A stretch of 64,000 nt of DNA from the human T2T-CHM13v2.0 reference genome, Homo sapiens. A model generated the notes under the pieces. The model made no database searches, was not told the DNA's origin, and saw only the letters and a list, made by a program, of their open reading frames with translations. Positions 1 through 12,479 of the stretch are shown here, in pieces. Numbering within the stretch: the stretch's first letter is position 1; every line of letters begins with the position of its first letter. Position numbers and translations under genes: made by a program. The stretch lies in the NCBI RefSeq assembly GCF_009914755.1, contig NC_060928.1; one strand, given 5' to 3'.

Positions 1-169
1 ATTCTCACTCTCTCTTGTCTGCTGCCATGTAAGATGTGCCTTTCACCTTTCACCATGATTGTGAGGCCTCCCCAGCCACATGGAACTGTGAGTCCATTAA
101 ACAACTTTTTCTTTATAAAGTACTTAGTCTCAAGTATGTCTTTATCAGCAGCTTAAAAACAAACTAATA
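1..169 (+). mobile_element. THE1-family (MaLR) LTR, 3' part, cut by the window edge
   Basis: ccatgattgtgaggcctccccagccacatggaactgtgagtccattaaa...tatgtctttatcagcagc...aactaata matches the THE1 LTR 3' end. Confidence 0.9.
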
Positions 170-1789
170 AATCAAGTAAACAACCTGGTGATCAGGGGAA
201 AATCTAAAGCTTATGGTAAATCACTGTTACTTTCTTTATTAAAATGTCCATGATCCCTCAATCCTTGAATCTGATTTTTAAGTTTTCTCCTCACTGGGCT
301 ACTTTAGGACCTCTCTTGCAGTTCTTATTAAACTCTTTGATTATTCTCTTTAGAAATCTTTCTTGCCTGTCTGTAAATTTGTTGAGTTCAGCTATTGCAT
401 TTTATCTTTGAATTATCATCACAAGTTCTGACATATGATAAGAGTGCCACACATATTTATCAGTGGCAAAAAATGTCTTATTTAATAAGAAATGAGCACC
501 TTTTTCAAGTAGGCAAAGCATAAATGACTATGATTATCATCTTCATCCTCTATGTTTTATAAGTATTGAATGTCAAATATTACAGACTCACAGCCCATCT
601 TCTAATTTTAAATCATTTATTCTTGACACTACATCATGAAAAATCAGATATATAAAAACTATAGAATTGACTAAATTGACATGTTTCCATGGATTCTGGA
701 AAGAAATATCTCATTTATTTAGTAGATTTTTTAGAAGTGTCAAATACAGCAATGGAATACTGGTCTCTCATCCAAACCAGCCACTTACAGATGTTATTAG
801 GTAAGTTTTATTAACACTTAACTAGATTGGAGTATTGAAGAAAAATAAGTTACTGCTGAAGAATATTACTGATGATAGACCATACGTATTTCCATTTTAA
901 TTATCATTTTTATCCTCTTAATATTTTGTAATAAAAGGGCCAGTCCCTTGGATTAAATTTTGTGCACAATTTGAAAACGAAGCTGGAGTTTGAGCAACAA
1001 AATTTGATAGACATTTCTTCCAAAACTTTTTTTGAAATGGAAAATAAAAATCTCCATGTTGAAAATATTTTGTAATATATTATCAAATTCAGCAAACCTT
1101 ATTAAACATGGAATAATATGTTCAGATAACAAGGATTTTCAGTATATAAATTAGATGTTTATTTTGTTTTCCTTTCTTTCAATTCCTATGTACTCTGAAA
1201 GATTTACTAATTATGAGTGTGTTGTGATTTTCACCAATAAATTATGTTATCTGCTTGGGATTTTCAAAGTTGTTACTTTTCAGTCAGCATCAATCTGTCA
1301 CCTGTTCCAGCCACATTCATCTGCAGTGATTAATTAACTTTGTAGAAAAGTTGACACTACCATTGGGAATAATTCTTTGTTATTTTTTATCTCCTGAGGC
1401 CATATAATTTAATACTGGATGGTTCCATATAGATTTAATTGGAGGAAAAAACTTATATATTATTACTAATGTGAGAGGAAGGCTTAGAGAAAGCCAAGTT
1501 GAGTTTAGAAAATATCATGCGTGGCATTTAGCAATATCTACTATAATAGTCTGTATATTTTAAAATTGTTTTTTATCCAAATAAACTGCAAGTGAACTTC
1601 ATGAAGGACAAGTGCTTTTGTGTCCCATACCTAGAACACAAACTGCCACATAGCACATACACAATACTTTTGGAATGAATGACTGGATCATTTGGTTAAA
1701 AGTGTCTTGAGAGCTCAGATGACCTTGCTGCTCTTGAAACCATCATCAGTTCATCATTGTAGCAAGATGATACTAATAGCTGATTAAAT

Positions 1790-1985
1790 TTGTATAATAC
1801 TTTAAAATTAGCAATGTAATTTGTAATTTTCAAAGTGCTTTAATTCATTTGAAGCTTACAGAAACCTCGTGAAGCAAAAGGGGTTTTATTATCTTAATGG
1901 TACAGAGGAGTAAACTGAGACTTAGGTAAAATGAAACAATTAGACACAGCATATGTCTAAATCCAAATCCATACATAAGAACTAG
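1790..1985 (-). mobile_element. MIR SINE fragment
   Basis: cagaggagtaaactgagacttagg is the reverse complement of the MIR core. Confidence 0.65.
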
Positions 1986-2189
1986 AGGGCATCATGACAT
2001 TAGCCTCCAAAAGAAGGATCTACTATGTCTGTGTGTGTCAGGGTGGGGCAGGGGTGCTACCCATGAAAAAGGTGAGGCCTCAGCAGAATGTTGAAGATCT
2101 AACAAAGCTGAGAAATTAAGGTGGAAGAAAGGGTATTCCAGGCACAGAAGTATAACTTGTTCTTCCTTTTCCATCAGTCTCCATTGCCT

Positions 2190-2395
2190 CACTCTCCTCC
2201 ATTTCTCTTAGTAGCTCTTATCACCTACCTGATATTATGGTACATATATACTCATGTGTTTATCGACTACTCATCCACAGGAAGGTAAAATCTCAGGGAC
2301 TCTATGTATCATATTTGTCACTGCCTTCCCAACTCTTAGAAGAGACCCTGCCACACATGAGGCACTTAATAAATATTTATGGGGTGAATGAATGC
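2190..2395 (+). mobile_element. L2 LINE 3' end
   Basis: cctgccacacatgaggcacttaataaatatttat...gaatgaatg, the typical L2 tail. Confidence 0.75.
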
Positions 2396-2659
2396 TGAAA
2401 GGACCTCATGAATAGATGCAAGTGACAGGGACAGGTGACACATCAATGGCCCTTTTGAAAAACTTCAAAGCCATCTGTCTTTCTAATAGGTTGAACCATA
2501 TGAGATGCTAATATTTGACTGCTTTTGATCTGTTTACATGGAGATTTTGTATAGTTACTGATAAAATGTGAAGAGGAAATCAGAAAAGGAAGAGCTCTTA
2601 AGGCTGGAAACAAAGGAATTGACCAAATTTGGGATGGACTAATTTAGCATGTTAAGATA

Positions 2660-2840
2660 TCTGGATAAATCTTAGGAAAATATGGGAGTCACTGAGAGGC
2701 TTTAAGTAGAAGATTGTCATAACCTGATAGATCCATGTGATGATTTTGTAGCAGATGGATTCAAAGGGAGAAGAATGGAAGAAGCCAGGAGACAATTCAG
2801 AGGTCATTACATCATCTGGCAAGAGGTGGTAAATGCCAGA
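2660..2840 (-). mobile_element. L2 internal fragment
   Basis: gggagtcactgagaggctttaagtag...gaagccaggagacaattcagaggtcatt resembles reverse L2 body sequence. Confidence 0.55.
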
Positions 2841-4999
2841 GCCCCCGGGTTAGTGGAAGCTTTGACTCACCCTACTCAGGTTGGCTTTCTCCTAGGAGTC
2901 CTCTCCCTGAATTTCCTCTGCATGACGGGACATCACCTGGTTCCCCTGGTGGGTACCAGCTCTCCCTTTTCACCTTCTTTTCAAGCATGGAAGGGCCCCA
3001 AAATATATTTTTCTTCCTTTTTTTCAAAGCTGAGACAAGTTGGGTTCACCTGAATATTAAGTGGAAATGAAATGGAAGAAAATAGACAAAAACAACCAAA
3101 CGTAGATTTTTGAACTGACCAAAGGCAATTCACTCACCACAAGTTCTTTGAGATTTCACCTCTTTACTCTTTTGAAGTCTTAGTCTCTTTCTCTATCCTC
3201 TTTATTAATCTCCATTGTCTAAATATTTATTTTTAAAATCTGGCTTTAATTTCATAAAGCACAGATCATGTTTTTTGTCTGTTTTCAACCTGATACTATT
3301 TCAGTAGGGAAATTATTGTAGGCATCTGATTACTTCTAAAATCAATGGCTAAAAGCCATCAAAGCACCCATTCTGTTACTAATAACATAAATTTTTGCAG
3401 CATCTATCATCTGACTGGATGACCATATAATTTCTTTGCCCAAACTAAGAGTTTTAAGAGGAAAAAGATGCACAATAATTAGTTGAGACAACAGACATAG
3501 ACCAGGAATTCCCCAGGCAAACTGGACACAGATCATCCTATATGTAGCTAAAAACTCAACATATAGATAATCAAATATCTCTCACAAGGGGTGTATTTTG
3601 CAAACAATTTACTTGAGATAATTTACCAGGACAGTGTAGCGTGTGAAGTCTAAGTGTTCTTTAGTAACATTGCTTATATCAGCTTATATCTGTTTCAAGA
3701 TAAAATTTTCAGGCCAAAACTATTAATATATTTTTGCTCTTTATAGCTTTCAAAGTTCCACTGTATATCTTCTAAATGTATTTAAAATCCTGTGAATTCC
3801 ACAAGAGTAGAGTTAATATGTGCATTTCATATATATATAAATTGGGGCTCAGAACATTTAGATTGAAAAGACGATGATGTAAAGTAGAAGAATACTGACC
3901 CAAACACAAAACATGTATTTGAGCACTGGCATATCACGTTTTTTTTTGGTTTTGTTTTTGTTTTTTTTGCAGTGCTACCCAAAGCATGGGTCGCATACAG
4001 TTTAACCATATGCAATGAGAATAGACTTATAGAAACCTTTATAGAAATTCAATAGAATTATTTTCTGTCTGTTGAAGCTAATAAAAAATTAGGCTTATTT
4101 TTTATAGGCCTTCTTTGTCTAGTAATTCATGTTTACTGTGTTTCACAAATGCATCAGTTCATGAAAATTGAAAATTAAAAAAAATTATCCCCCTATAGAT
4201 CATTTTAAGAAATGCTAGGCCACAGGATATCAGGAAGTTATTTAACCACCCTGGATTTTAGCCTCTACACATTTAAAAACTGAAAACAATAAGTGATTCT
4301 ACCTCACATGGCTCAAGAAACAATAAAAAGTAATAATAAAGGAGAAGAGTGGTGAAAAAATATAAATACAACAAAAACAAAAATATAATAAAATATAACT
4401 AGCATTTGTCTAGGATCCTAAAGTAATTATTCAAAAAATATGCTCAATAGTAGCCCCAAAGTTACTACAAAACTTCAGTTAGTAGAGGTGGGGGCTTGGT
4501 GTGCGATTTCAGCACCATCTTCCAGCTGCACTCCTCACTGCCTCTTTGAACTGAGCAGGTTTGCTTTCATTTCTTTAAAATATTATGTTTGTGCTTTAAG
4601 TTTGCCATTAAGAAAAGGGGCCCATCTTTAAAATTCTAACTTTTCTATAGAGTGTACAAAGTGTACTCACTCACTTAATTCTTACAATGGCCATGTTATG
4701 TCAAGATGTTATTTTCTGGAAGAAAGAAAAAATGGCAAGCTTGCAGGGTGCTCGGGATCTAGCTGCCAAGCAACAGAGCTCAACACCAGCCCAGGCTTCA
4801 TGATTCCACACCCAGGTCTCTTCTTGGCCACCTGGCATGTATAAGATGAAATCTACAATTTCTTATATGTTTTCCTTTTTGTTCTACTTCTACTTCTTTT
4901 CCTCGCAAAATCTTGACTCATGAAAAGAATCAGGACCAAGAACTCAAAGATTTCCAATAGTACATATTGTGCTTGGGAAAATCCAAGTTATACTTTCTA

Positions 5000-5301
5000 T
5001 TTTTTTATTTTTAATTTTTGTGGGTAAATAGTAGGTGTATATATTTAAGGGACACATGAGATATTTTGATACAGGTATGCAATGCGTAATAATCACATCA
5101 TGGAAAATGGAATATCTATCATCTCAAGCATTTATCTTTTGTGTTAAAAACAAACCAATTATATTATTTTAGCTATTTTAAGATAAACAATTAAGTTGTT
5201 ACTGACTATAGTCACCCTGTTGTGCTATTAAGTACTAGGTCTTATTCATCCTTTCTAACTATTCTTTTTTACCCATTAGCCATCCCCAACTCCACCCCTC
5301 A
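5000..5301 (-). mobile_element. 5'-truncated L1MA-type LINE 3' UTR with a perfect 15-bp TSD
   Basis: tttttgtgggtaaatagtaggtgtatatatt...gatattttgatacaggtatgcaatgcgtaataatcacatc; aagttatactttcta flanks both sides (4985-4999 and 5302-5316). Confidence 0.9.
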
Positions 5302-5362
5302 AAGTTATACTTTCTAAATAACTAGCTCTGAAAGCATCTCTTTACCGAGGCTTAGCTGTGTG

Positions 5363-5767
5363 TGTTATGGAGAAAATTGTGCTATTGCTCTGACTTTATA
5401 TATTGTAGTCCTACCCCCTAGCATTTAATAATATGACCATATTTGGAGAGAGGGTCTTTAAAATGATAATTAAACTAAAATGAGGTCATAAGGGTGGATC
5501 TTAATCCAATATGAGAGCTGTCTTTATAAGGAAAGGAAATGTAAACACAGACATACACAGAGGAAAAATTATGTGAAGACAGAGAAGATGGCTCTCAACA
5601 AGCCAAGGAGAGAGGCTTAGAACAGATCTTCCCTTCACAGCCTTCAGAAAAAAACAACCATCTTGATCTTGAACTTCTAGCTTCCAAAAGTGTGAGAAAA
5701 TAAATTCCTATTGTTTACGACATCCAGTCTGTGACACTTTGTTATGAAAGCCCTGCAAACTAAGATA
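5363..5767 (+). mobile_element. MLT1B-like MaLR solo LTR
   Basis: Starts tgttatgg; contains atttggagagagggtcttta, caagccaaggagagaggc and gtgagaaaataaattcctattgttt; ends gcaaactaagata. Confidence 0.85.
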
Positions 5768-6039
5768 AGTGTATAATGTTTATGATAACAGTATGCAGAA
5801 TCAAATAAGTCACTTTTTATGTACCAGGTAACAAAAACATTTCATATTACTGTTGTATTCAGGAAGTATTCTGTTGGCATTCCAAGACAAATGAATCACA
5901 ATTTCTGGTGTTTTTTTTGTTTCTTTGAAAATTCTGCATTTTTATAGGAGTGCTGAAACTTTATACTTAGAGCAGCCCATATACAAGTATTTGGTAAACA
6001 GGAACTGAACCCTTCTGTGAGGTTTGCAAACTGAATCTC

Positions 6040-6410
6040 TATGGAATCAATGTGCTTACCATTGAGAGCATCAGGAAGGTATTCGTCCTCTTTGAACCTT
6101 AATTTTTTATCTATAAAAAGGAGAATTGGCAAGAATGATCTCTAAGGCAATGACTTATGGTTCCAAGAGCACTGGATTTGGGGCAAAGACAAAAAAAATC
6201 TGCATTGAAGTCCTTACTTTGTCACTCACTGTTTAGCTATGTGATATTAGGGAGGTCCCTTTGCTCCTCTGAGCTTTTGTTTCCTCTTTTATAAAAATGT
6301 GGCTTATAATACTGAAATCACAGTGTGCCTATGAGAACGTGGTGAGATAATAAATGTAAAAACACCTCGCACATTGAAGAATCCAAAGCAAAGTTGGTTG
6401 TATTTTCATT
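6040..6410 (+). mobile_element. MIR3/MIR fragments
   Basis: agagcactggatttgg...gctatgtgatattagggagg...ttgtttcctctttt...gagataataaatgtaaa. Confidence 0.65.
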
Positions 6411-7974
6411 TTAGCTCCAAAGTACCATGTCTAAAAGCACTTTGGAGCAGAGAGTATATCAAAACTTAATTTGAACTAATTTCTAACAGGCAGGCAAGGT
6501 TGCCCAAAGAGTGTTTTTGTTCTTCCCACTTGCTCAGATATGTACATGTAGAAAAATCACCTCAGTCATCTTGCATTTTTATTTCTTACAAAGATATTTT
6601 AAAAGGCAAGAATGATGTCTTATGGACATTACCACAACATGCCAAAAATGATGTCATTTGGTGTTGAAATCACTCATCCCCTCGAATATCATTCCTGCTG
6701 GCTAGGATGTCTTGGATATGTCAGAAGTGATTTTCCTTAGTCCAACTTGTTAGTAACAAGTTTTTCCTAATTTTTGACCATTAACCATCCACCCTTAAGA
6801 AGAAGTTTTGAATGTTGCTTTGTCTGGTTCTTATATAAATTTAAAAACCATCCTCAAATTATCAGCTGCTAGATGTGAAGTCAGGTGTCTTCAATTTCAG
6901 ATGAACCAGATAGAAGGTGTTACAGATTTTCAGTAAAGTGATAAAATTCAAGTGGATACTCAATCCTGACAGGCAAGCACTTGGGCCTGTCTGGTGGTTT
7001 TAAAGAGTGTATCTGCAGAGACCATGGTCCTCCAGAACAGATTGATCAGGGGAGCAGAGATGGAAATGGAGTTAAGTTAGCAATTCAGGAAGAATCAGAA
7101 GGTATTGATCAATCCATCCATTCACTCAACAGATACTATGCATCTATCAGATGCCCATCACTGTGCTCCTAAGAGAGGGAGAAAGTCACTTAGCTCTTCT
7201 CTTTTGGTAAAATTCAATAAACATGTTAATGGCCTAGTGTGTAATCTGCTAGAAATAAAGATGAATATAGCAGGAGTTCTTTCCTTCAAAAATATATGAA
7301 GAGCATACAAAAGTCACTTATTATACATATAAGGGTAATAGAAATATAGATGTCAAACACTACTTTATTAACAGTGAAATCAGCAACTGATAACCCATTA
7401 CAGAGCTCTGCTGAAAATTCTTTAGGCACCTGAAGCTGAAGCTCAAGGCTGAAGCCAAACCTCTGCTCACCTAGACCCCATCACAGCTAACCCCTGGGAT
7501 CTTACTTTGGCCTACAGCAAGGGGAGAAGAATTATTGGAAGTTCCAGAGTCCATTCACTCTGCCACTTCTCCATTTCAGAGAAGCAGAGACAGAGTAAGA
7601 CAGAGTGGCAGAGAACGTTGAGATGTATTAGAGGAAGCCTAAAAGAGTTTTTGCTAATGTAACCAATCAGATTAAGAATTTCTTCTCCCTTATCTGAGAA
7701 TTAAAGAATAGCACCAGGGATAAGAAATTGTGAATTTTTCTTACTTAGGATACTAGAGGAAAGGGAAATTAGACCCAAAATAATGAGTTAGGAAACTATT
7801 ATACTTGGCCAGTTTGAGGGCTTCCAAACTATGCTTTTGCTTTAAATGATGGGAATACATCTGATAGAGAGAAAATGAGAAAAAACTCAAAATCATGGAC
7901 TCTCTGAACAAAAAGAGAGCCTCAAAATAATGCCACAGTTTTGAAGTCTTGTCAGCTGAGGCAATGACTATTAA

Positions 7975-8900
7975 TTTACTCAGCAAACATTTTTAAACAT
8001 CTTCTATGTACATTCACTGCACTAGCCTTGTTAATTTACAGAAACAGACATAATTCCTGACTTCAAAAAACATCCATTTCCATGCCGAGCTATATCCATA
8101 AACACATGGAATGCAACATGCTAATTGCTGTAATGAATGGGACCAGGCGAATGTAGAAGAAGCACCTTGCTCCACCATGTGAAGAAAGACTCCAGTAAAA
8201 GAGAACATGTGAGCCGGCTCTTTGAAGCAGGAGAAAGGGCTGACTGAGCTAGTTGACTAAGTGGAGGGAGAAACACTGACTTGACAAAGGAAAGCAAGCA
8301 TGGCAAAACCCATTGTGTCTGGAGAACCTGTTATTTATATGTCTATTGAGCTCCCAGCATGCGTGCAATACAAGAGTGAATAATAGAGTAAAGTCTCTGC
8401 TGTCATGAAGATTTCAGGTGGCTGTGGAGGAGGGGCAGCATAGATAATAAACAAACAACGATAGAGGTATTTTTAGAAACCAAATATGCAATGTAAAAAA
8501 TCAAATGAGCTAAATGGTATAGTTCCAGCAGAACTATTTTATTTGGGACATGGGAGCGTCATCATGGAACGTGTCTTTTGGCTATGACAGCCAAACCCAA
8601 AAGTTAAGAAGGATTCTTAACATGTGAAGACAAGGGGGTTGAACACTGACCAAAGGGAGCAGTAAGAGAAAACATTCAGAGAGTGGAAATGACCTGGAAG
8701 ACTCAAGACATAGGTTGAAGGCCCACATGGGTAGAGATTGTGAGTGGGGGATTAGGTGGAAAGACAGATGATCAAAGAGAGGAGAAGTGGCCACATCATG
8801 TAAATCCTACAAATGTTTGACACAGTAGAGGCACAGAGTGGAGCAACTACAGTAGTAGCCAGCAAGGCAGATTATAAAGGGCCAACATGCTTCACTGTGA
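7975..8900 (-). mobile_element. Degenerate L2 fragments
   Basis: tttactcagcaaacatttttaaacatc (reverse L2 tail) and downstream L2-like body pieces. Confidence 0.5.
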
Positions 8901-8918
8901 AATTTGGACTTTCACCTG

Positions 8919-9453
8919 TGTGATAGTGATGTTTATGTGTGAACTGGGCCACAGGGTGCCCATATATCTAGTTAAACATTATTTCTGGGTGTTAGTGAGG
9001 ATGTTTTCCAGAAGAGATTAGCATTTTATTTGGTGGACAGAGTAAAGCAGATGGCCCTTCCCAACTAGAGTGGGCAGAATCTGATTTACTAAGGACACAA
9101 ATAGAATGAAAAGGCAGAGAAAGGTTATATTTGTCCCGCCTCTGCCTGATAGCTTGAGCTAAGACATTGATCTTTTCCTGCTTTTGACATTCCCTGGTTC
9201 ATGGGCCTAACTCAGACTAGAATCTTCACCATTGGCTTTCCAGCTTTCAGGCCTTTGAATTGCACCACTAATATCCCTGGATCTTCAGTTTGTACATAGC
9301 AGAATAGAAGACTTCTCAACTTCCATATTTGTGTGAGCTAATACCTTATAATAAATCTAGATAGATAGATAGATGATAGAAAGACAGACAGACAGACAGA
9401 CAGACAGCTATCTCCTATTGCTTACATTTCTCTAAAAAATCCTGACTAATACC
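8919..9453 (+). mobile_element. MLT2 (ERVL) solo LTR with 5-bp TSD acctg
   Basis: gggtgcccatatatctagttaaacattatttctgggtg...gagtaaagcagatggccct...ctgactaatac; acctg at 8914-8918 and 9454-9458. Confidence 0.9.
9357..9407 (+). repeat. Compound (GATA)n/(GACA)n microsatellite inside the MLT2 LTR
   Basis: tagatagatagatagatgatagaaagacagacagacagacagacagacag. Confidence 0.9.
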
Positions 9454-11064
9454 ACCTGGAAAACTGCAATGTTATTCCCCTCACTGTAACTGGATACTGA
9501 TATAAAGGAGCCAGATTGTGAAAAAGTTCTAACTTTACTTTTGTTAGCCAGTTGAGTGGATGAAACGCTATGACCCAGATAGTATCCAGCCTCTCAATAT
9601 CTTAAAAATAGCCTATAAGGGATGTTTGCAACAGACAAAATTTGGGATTTACCGTCAAGAAATTATCTATTTGAGCCTAAAATCCAAACTCAACAGTCAT
9701 CCAGAAAGAGGCAAATTCACAAGTTTTTTTTTTCTTTCTTTCTTTTCACAGGCCCCCTGGATACAGAATGTCCACTGTGAGCTAACCAGGAGAAAGAAAT
9801 CTGGCTTTACAGTGCATGTAATCTGGAGAGCAAGGAAAGAAACATTTAAGCTGTTATTCAAACAAGTTTCATTGCAATTACTACTTTCCTCTCTGTCAGA
9901 ATCAATTATTCTCAATGTTGACATGGCCATTGCTTGTGGAGGTGATTGGAAGATCTGCTTCCATATTTTTCTCCTGGTGTTTTCTCTTTTCTTCAGCTGT
10001 TTTTGGTTGTGGGTTGCTCTATAGCGTTGTTGTTGATTTTCCCACTGCAGCCAGCACCACAGTGTTGTTTTTACATGGCCATAAAATAAAATGAATGTAC
10101 ACAGGAAAAGGAGCTTTGCTCCAAGTCAAGTACAGGACAGCTTAGCTTAACATGCACTCAATTTCACAAGCAGAGACCTGTTTGAGGGACCTGTTTACTC
10201 TCATTGCTTACAGACACAGTGACCATTTGCTTTGTGACATCCCCACACCTACAGTGGGCCCCAGCCAGACAAGGACTGACAAGCCAGCTCATTTTTGCCT
10301 TGTGGCAGTGGGAGAAACACTGATCTCCTGATGACTTTGATGGGCTAATTGCAGCAGCACACTGAATTAATCACACCACACCACCGCTGGGCGCCTGTCA
10401 GCACCTCCACGACGCTATCAACTGGGGCTGTTGAGTCTACATGAAATAGAGAAAAGGGAAGTGAAAAGAAAGCACTTAAGTATTTCCTAATATGTGGCTA
10501 TTAGACTGAATTTAACCACTGGTCAAGCAATCAGGTCGGATCACTTTTTACTCTGTCATCTTGAGTTGTCTTGTGTTATTCTTTGCTTGTCTTCTGAAAG
10601 CCAAGCATGAGTTTCAAAATGATGGCAAGCATGATTAAACTTTAAAAAAATGTATTCAGCTGCACTTGAGAAACATTTCTGAAATTTATATTATTTCCTG
10701 TCAACGCCCTAGGGAATTCAAGAAATATAAGTTAAAACTCAGTAGGGTGTTAGGCAGAGAGATGTGGAAGAGTCAAGGGCACCCATGCTTTGTTTTTATG
10801 TTACAGCCAAATAGAATTTATTTCTATCCTCTGCTTATTTCCTGATTCTTATGGCATTCAAGACTTTTCTCATAGAGTTATTAAGTAATAGAATTTCTTT
10901 TTACAACCAGTCCAACATTTACATGTTCAGATTATATCCATTAAAAATACCACTGTTCTTCAAAGTTAAACACCCCCACTAGCATTTCTCTTTGATATAT
11001 TCCAATAAGAATAATTTATTCCTAAATTTTTTAAACACTCAAGGCCAGGAAGTATACTGTGTTC

Positions 11065-11133
11065 TCTTGATGATTTATCTCCAGCACATAGTAAGTGCTC
11101 AATAAGTACCTGTTTAAATAAATGTTGAATGAT
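11065..11133 (+). mobile_element. L2 3' end
   Basis: ccagcacatagtaagtgctcaataagt...aaatgttgaatga. Confidence 0.7.
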
Positions 11134-12289
11134 AAATTCTTGAGATGCAACCCAACACACCTCCTAGCAGCAGATCATAAAAGACTGTATGTATCATTGT
11201 TATTCGGTATACACACAACTTTGGTTCCAATTTGATTCAATTCATCAAATATGAATCATGCAGTTGAGAAAGAAAACATCAAAGATGATTACAAATGTCT
11301 GGATGACCAAAACAATGGTATTGTGATTCACTTACTTATAAATTCACTAAGGTGGACTGGATGGCTTGTCTATGTAACAAGTGACTTTGTCTGAGAGCAC
11401 ATAAAAAATTTGTATGATAGATGCCATATCAGAAACTTCCCTAAAATTGTTTTGATAAAACAAAATATAAACCTCTCTCCAAAATGGAGAGGAAAAAGAA
11501 ATTAGTTCTAACTGAGGAACTGGGGTAAACTCCACCTAGGACACGTGAGCAGCATCTTCAAGAGTAACTCACCAAGCAGAGTAGTGAAGGAATAGTGTTC
11601 CCAACAGAGGGATTAGAAAGGTGAAGGGATAGTTAGCTCTCCCTTAATGCTGTCTGGCTTTTCAGTACCAATATCACTCTTCACAAACTTGACACTTTCC
11701 TGTGTTTATTTAAGATCCCATGAGCTTTTGGTAGAGATGATGCTTCTAGCTTTAATATTTGCATCCCTCATGATAGAAACAGATGTCTCAACTGCATAGC
11801 CACGATAAATCCAAGCCCCCCTGCCAGCCTAGGAAGTATCGTAGCACACATAGGTGTTCAGGACCCAAGTTCCTTTATGTTCTATCAATGCTTTCTTCAC
11901 TTCCCCACTATTTCTAGCACCACAATGATCAATCTGAAGCCTTCATTCCTACAAACATTTCTAGCAGCTCACAATACTAGTTTATAAGATACTTGGATAT
12001 GACATTAAAAGGGTGGTTGGTGATCAGATTGCCAGGCTGTGCCGTCTATACCATATCTTTCCAAACTATTCAAATACTAGACACACAAAAATACATATTT
12101 CCTTTTGTTTCCATGTGACAATGCCTCTTCAGCCTTACTAGTTTCTGAGCCTCTGGGTATTGGCTTCCAGAATCACTGTAATTCTAATCCTGTGCCCTAC
12201 TTCTTAGCATCTTACTTTCAGATACTCAGTAATTAATGAGGATTTACTACACAACTCCACCCATTTCTTGTAAAACTGGCATAACTAAC

Positions 12290-12420
12290 CAATTAATCAA
12301 CATAGTTATTCAACAAATATTTATTGAGTGAGAACTACATGCCAGCTCTGCTCAAAGGCGGGGATGCAAAGAGCAACAAAGCAGAATTAATCCCTGGTGT
12401 CACACAGTTTATAGCACAAT
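12290..12420 (-). mobile_element. L2 3' end
   Basis: attcaacaaatatttattgagtgagaactacatgccag. Confidence 0.75.
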
Positions 12421-12479
12421 GGTCTTCTACATCTTACTGAGTAAGTTTCTCTTGAATATCTTCTGTTTTAATATTGGTT

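Noticed and set aside
9560-10024. Longest ORF (154 aa, ATG start)
   Set aside because: F/S/L-rich translation of T-rich tracts with no recognisable domain; this length is plausible by chance in 64 kb.
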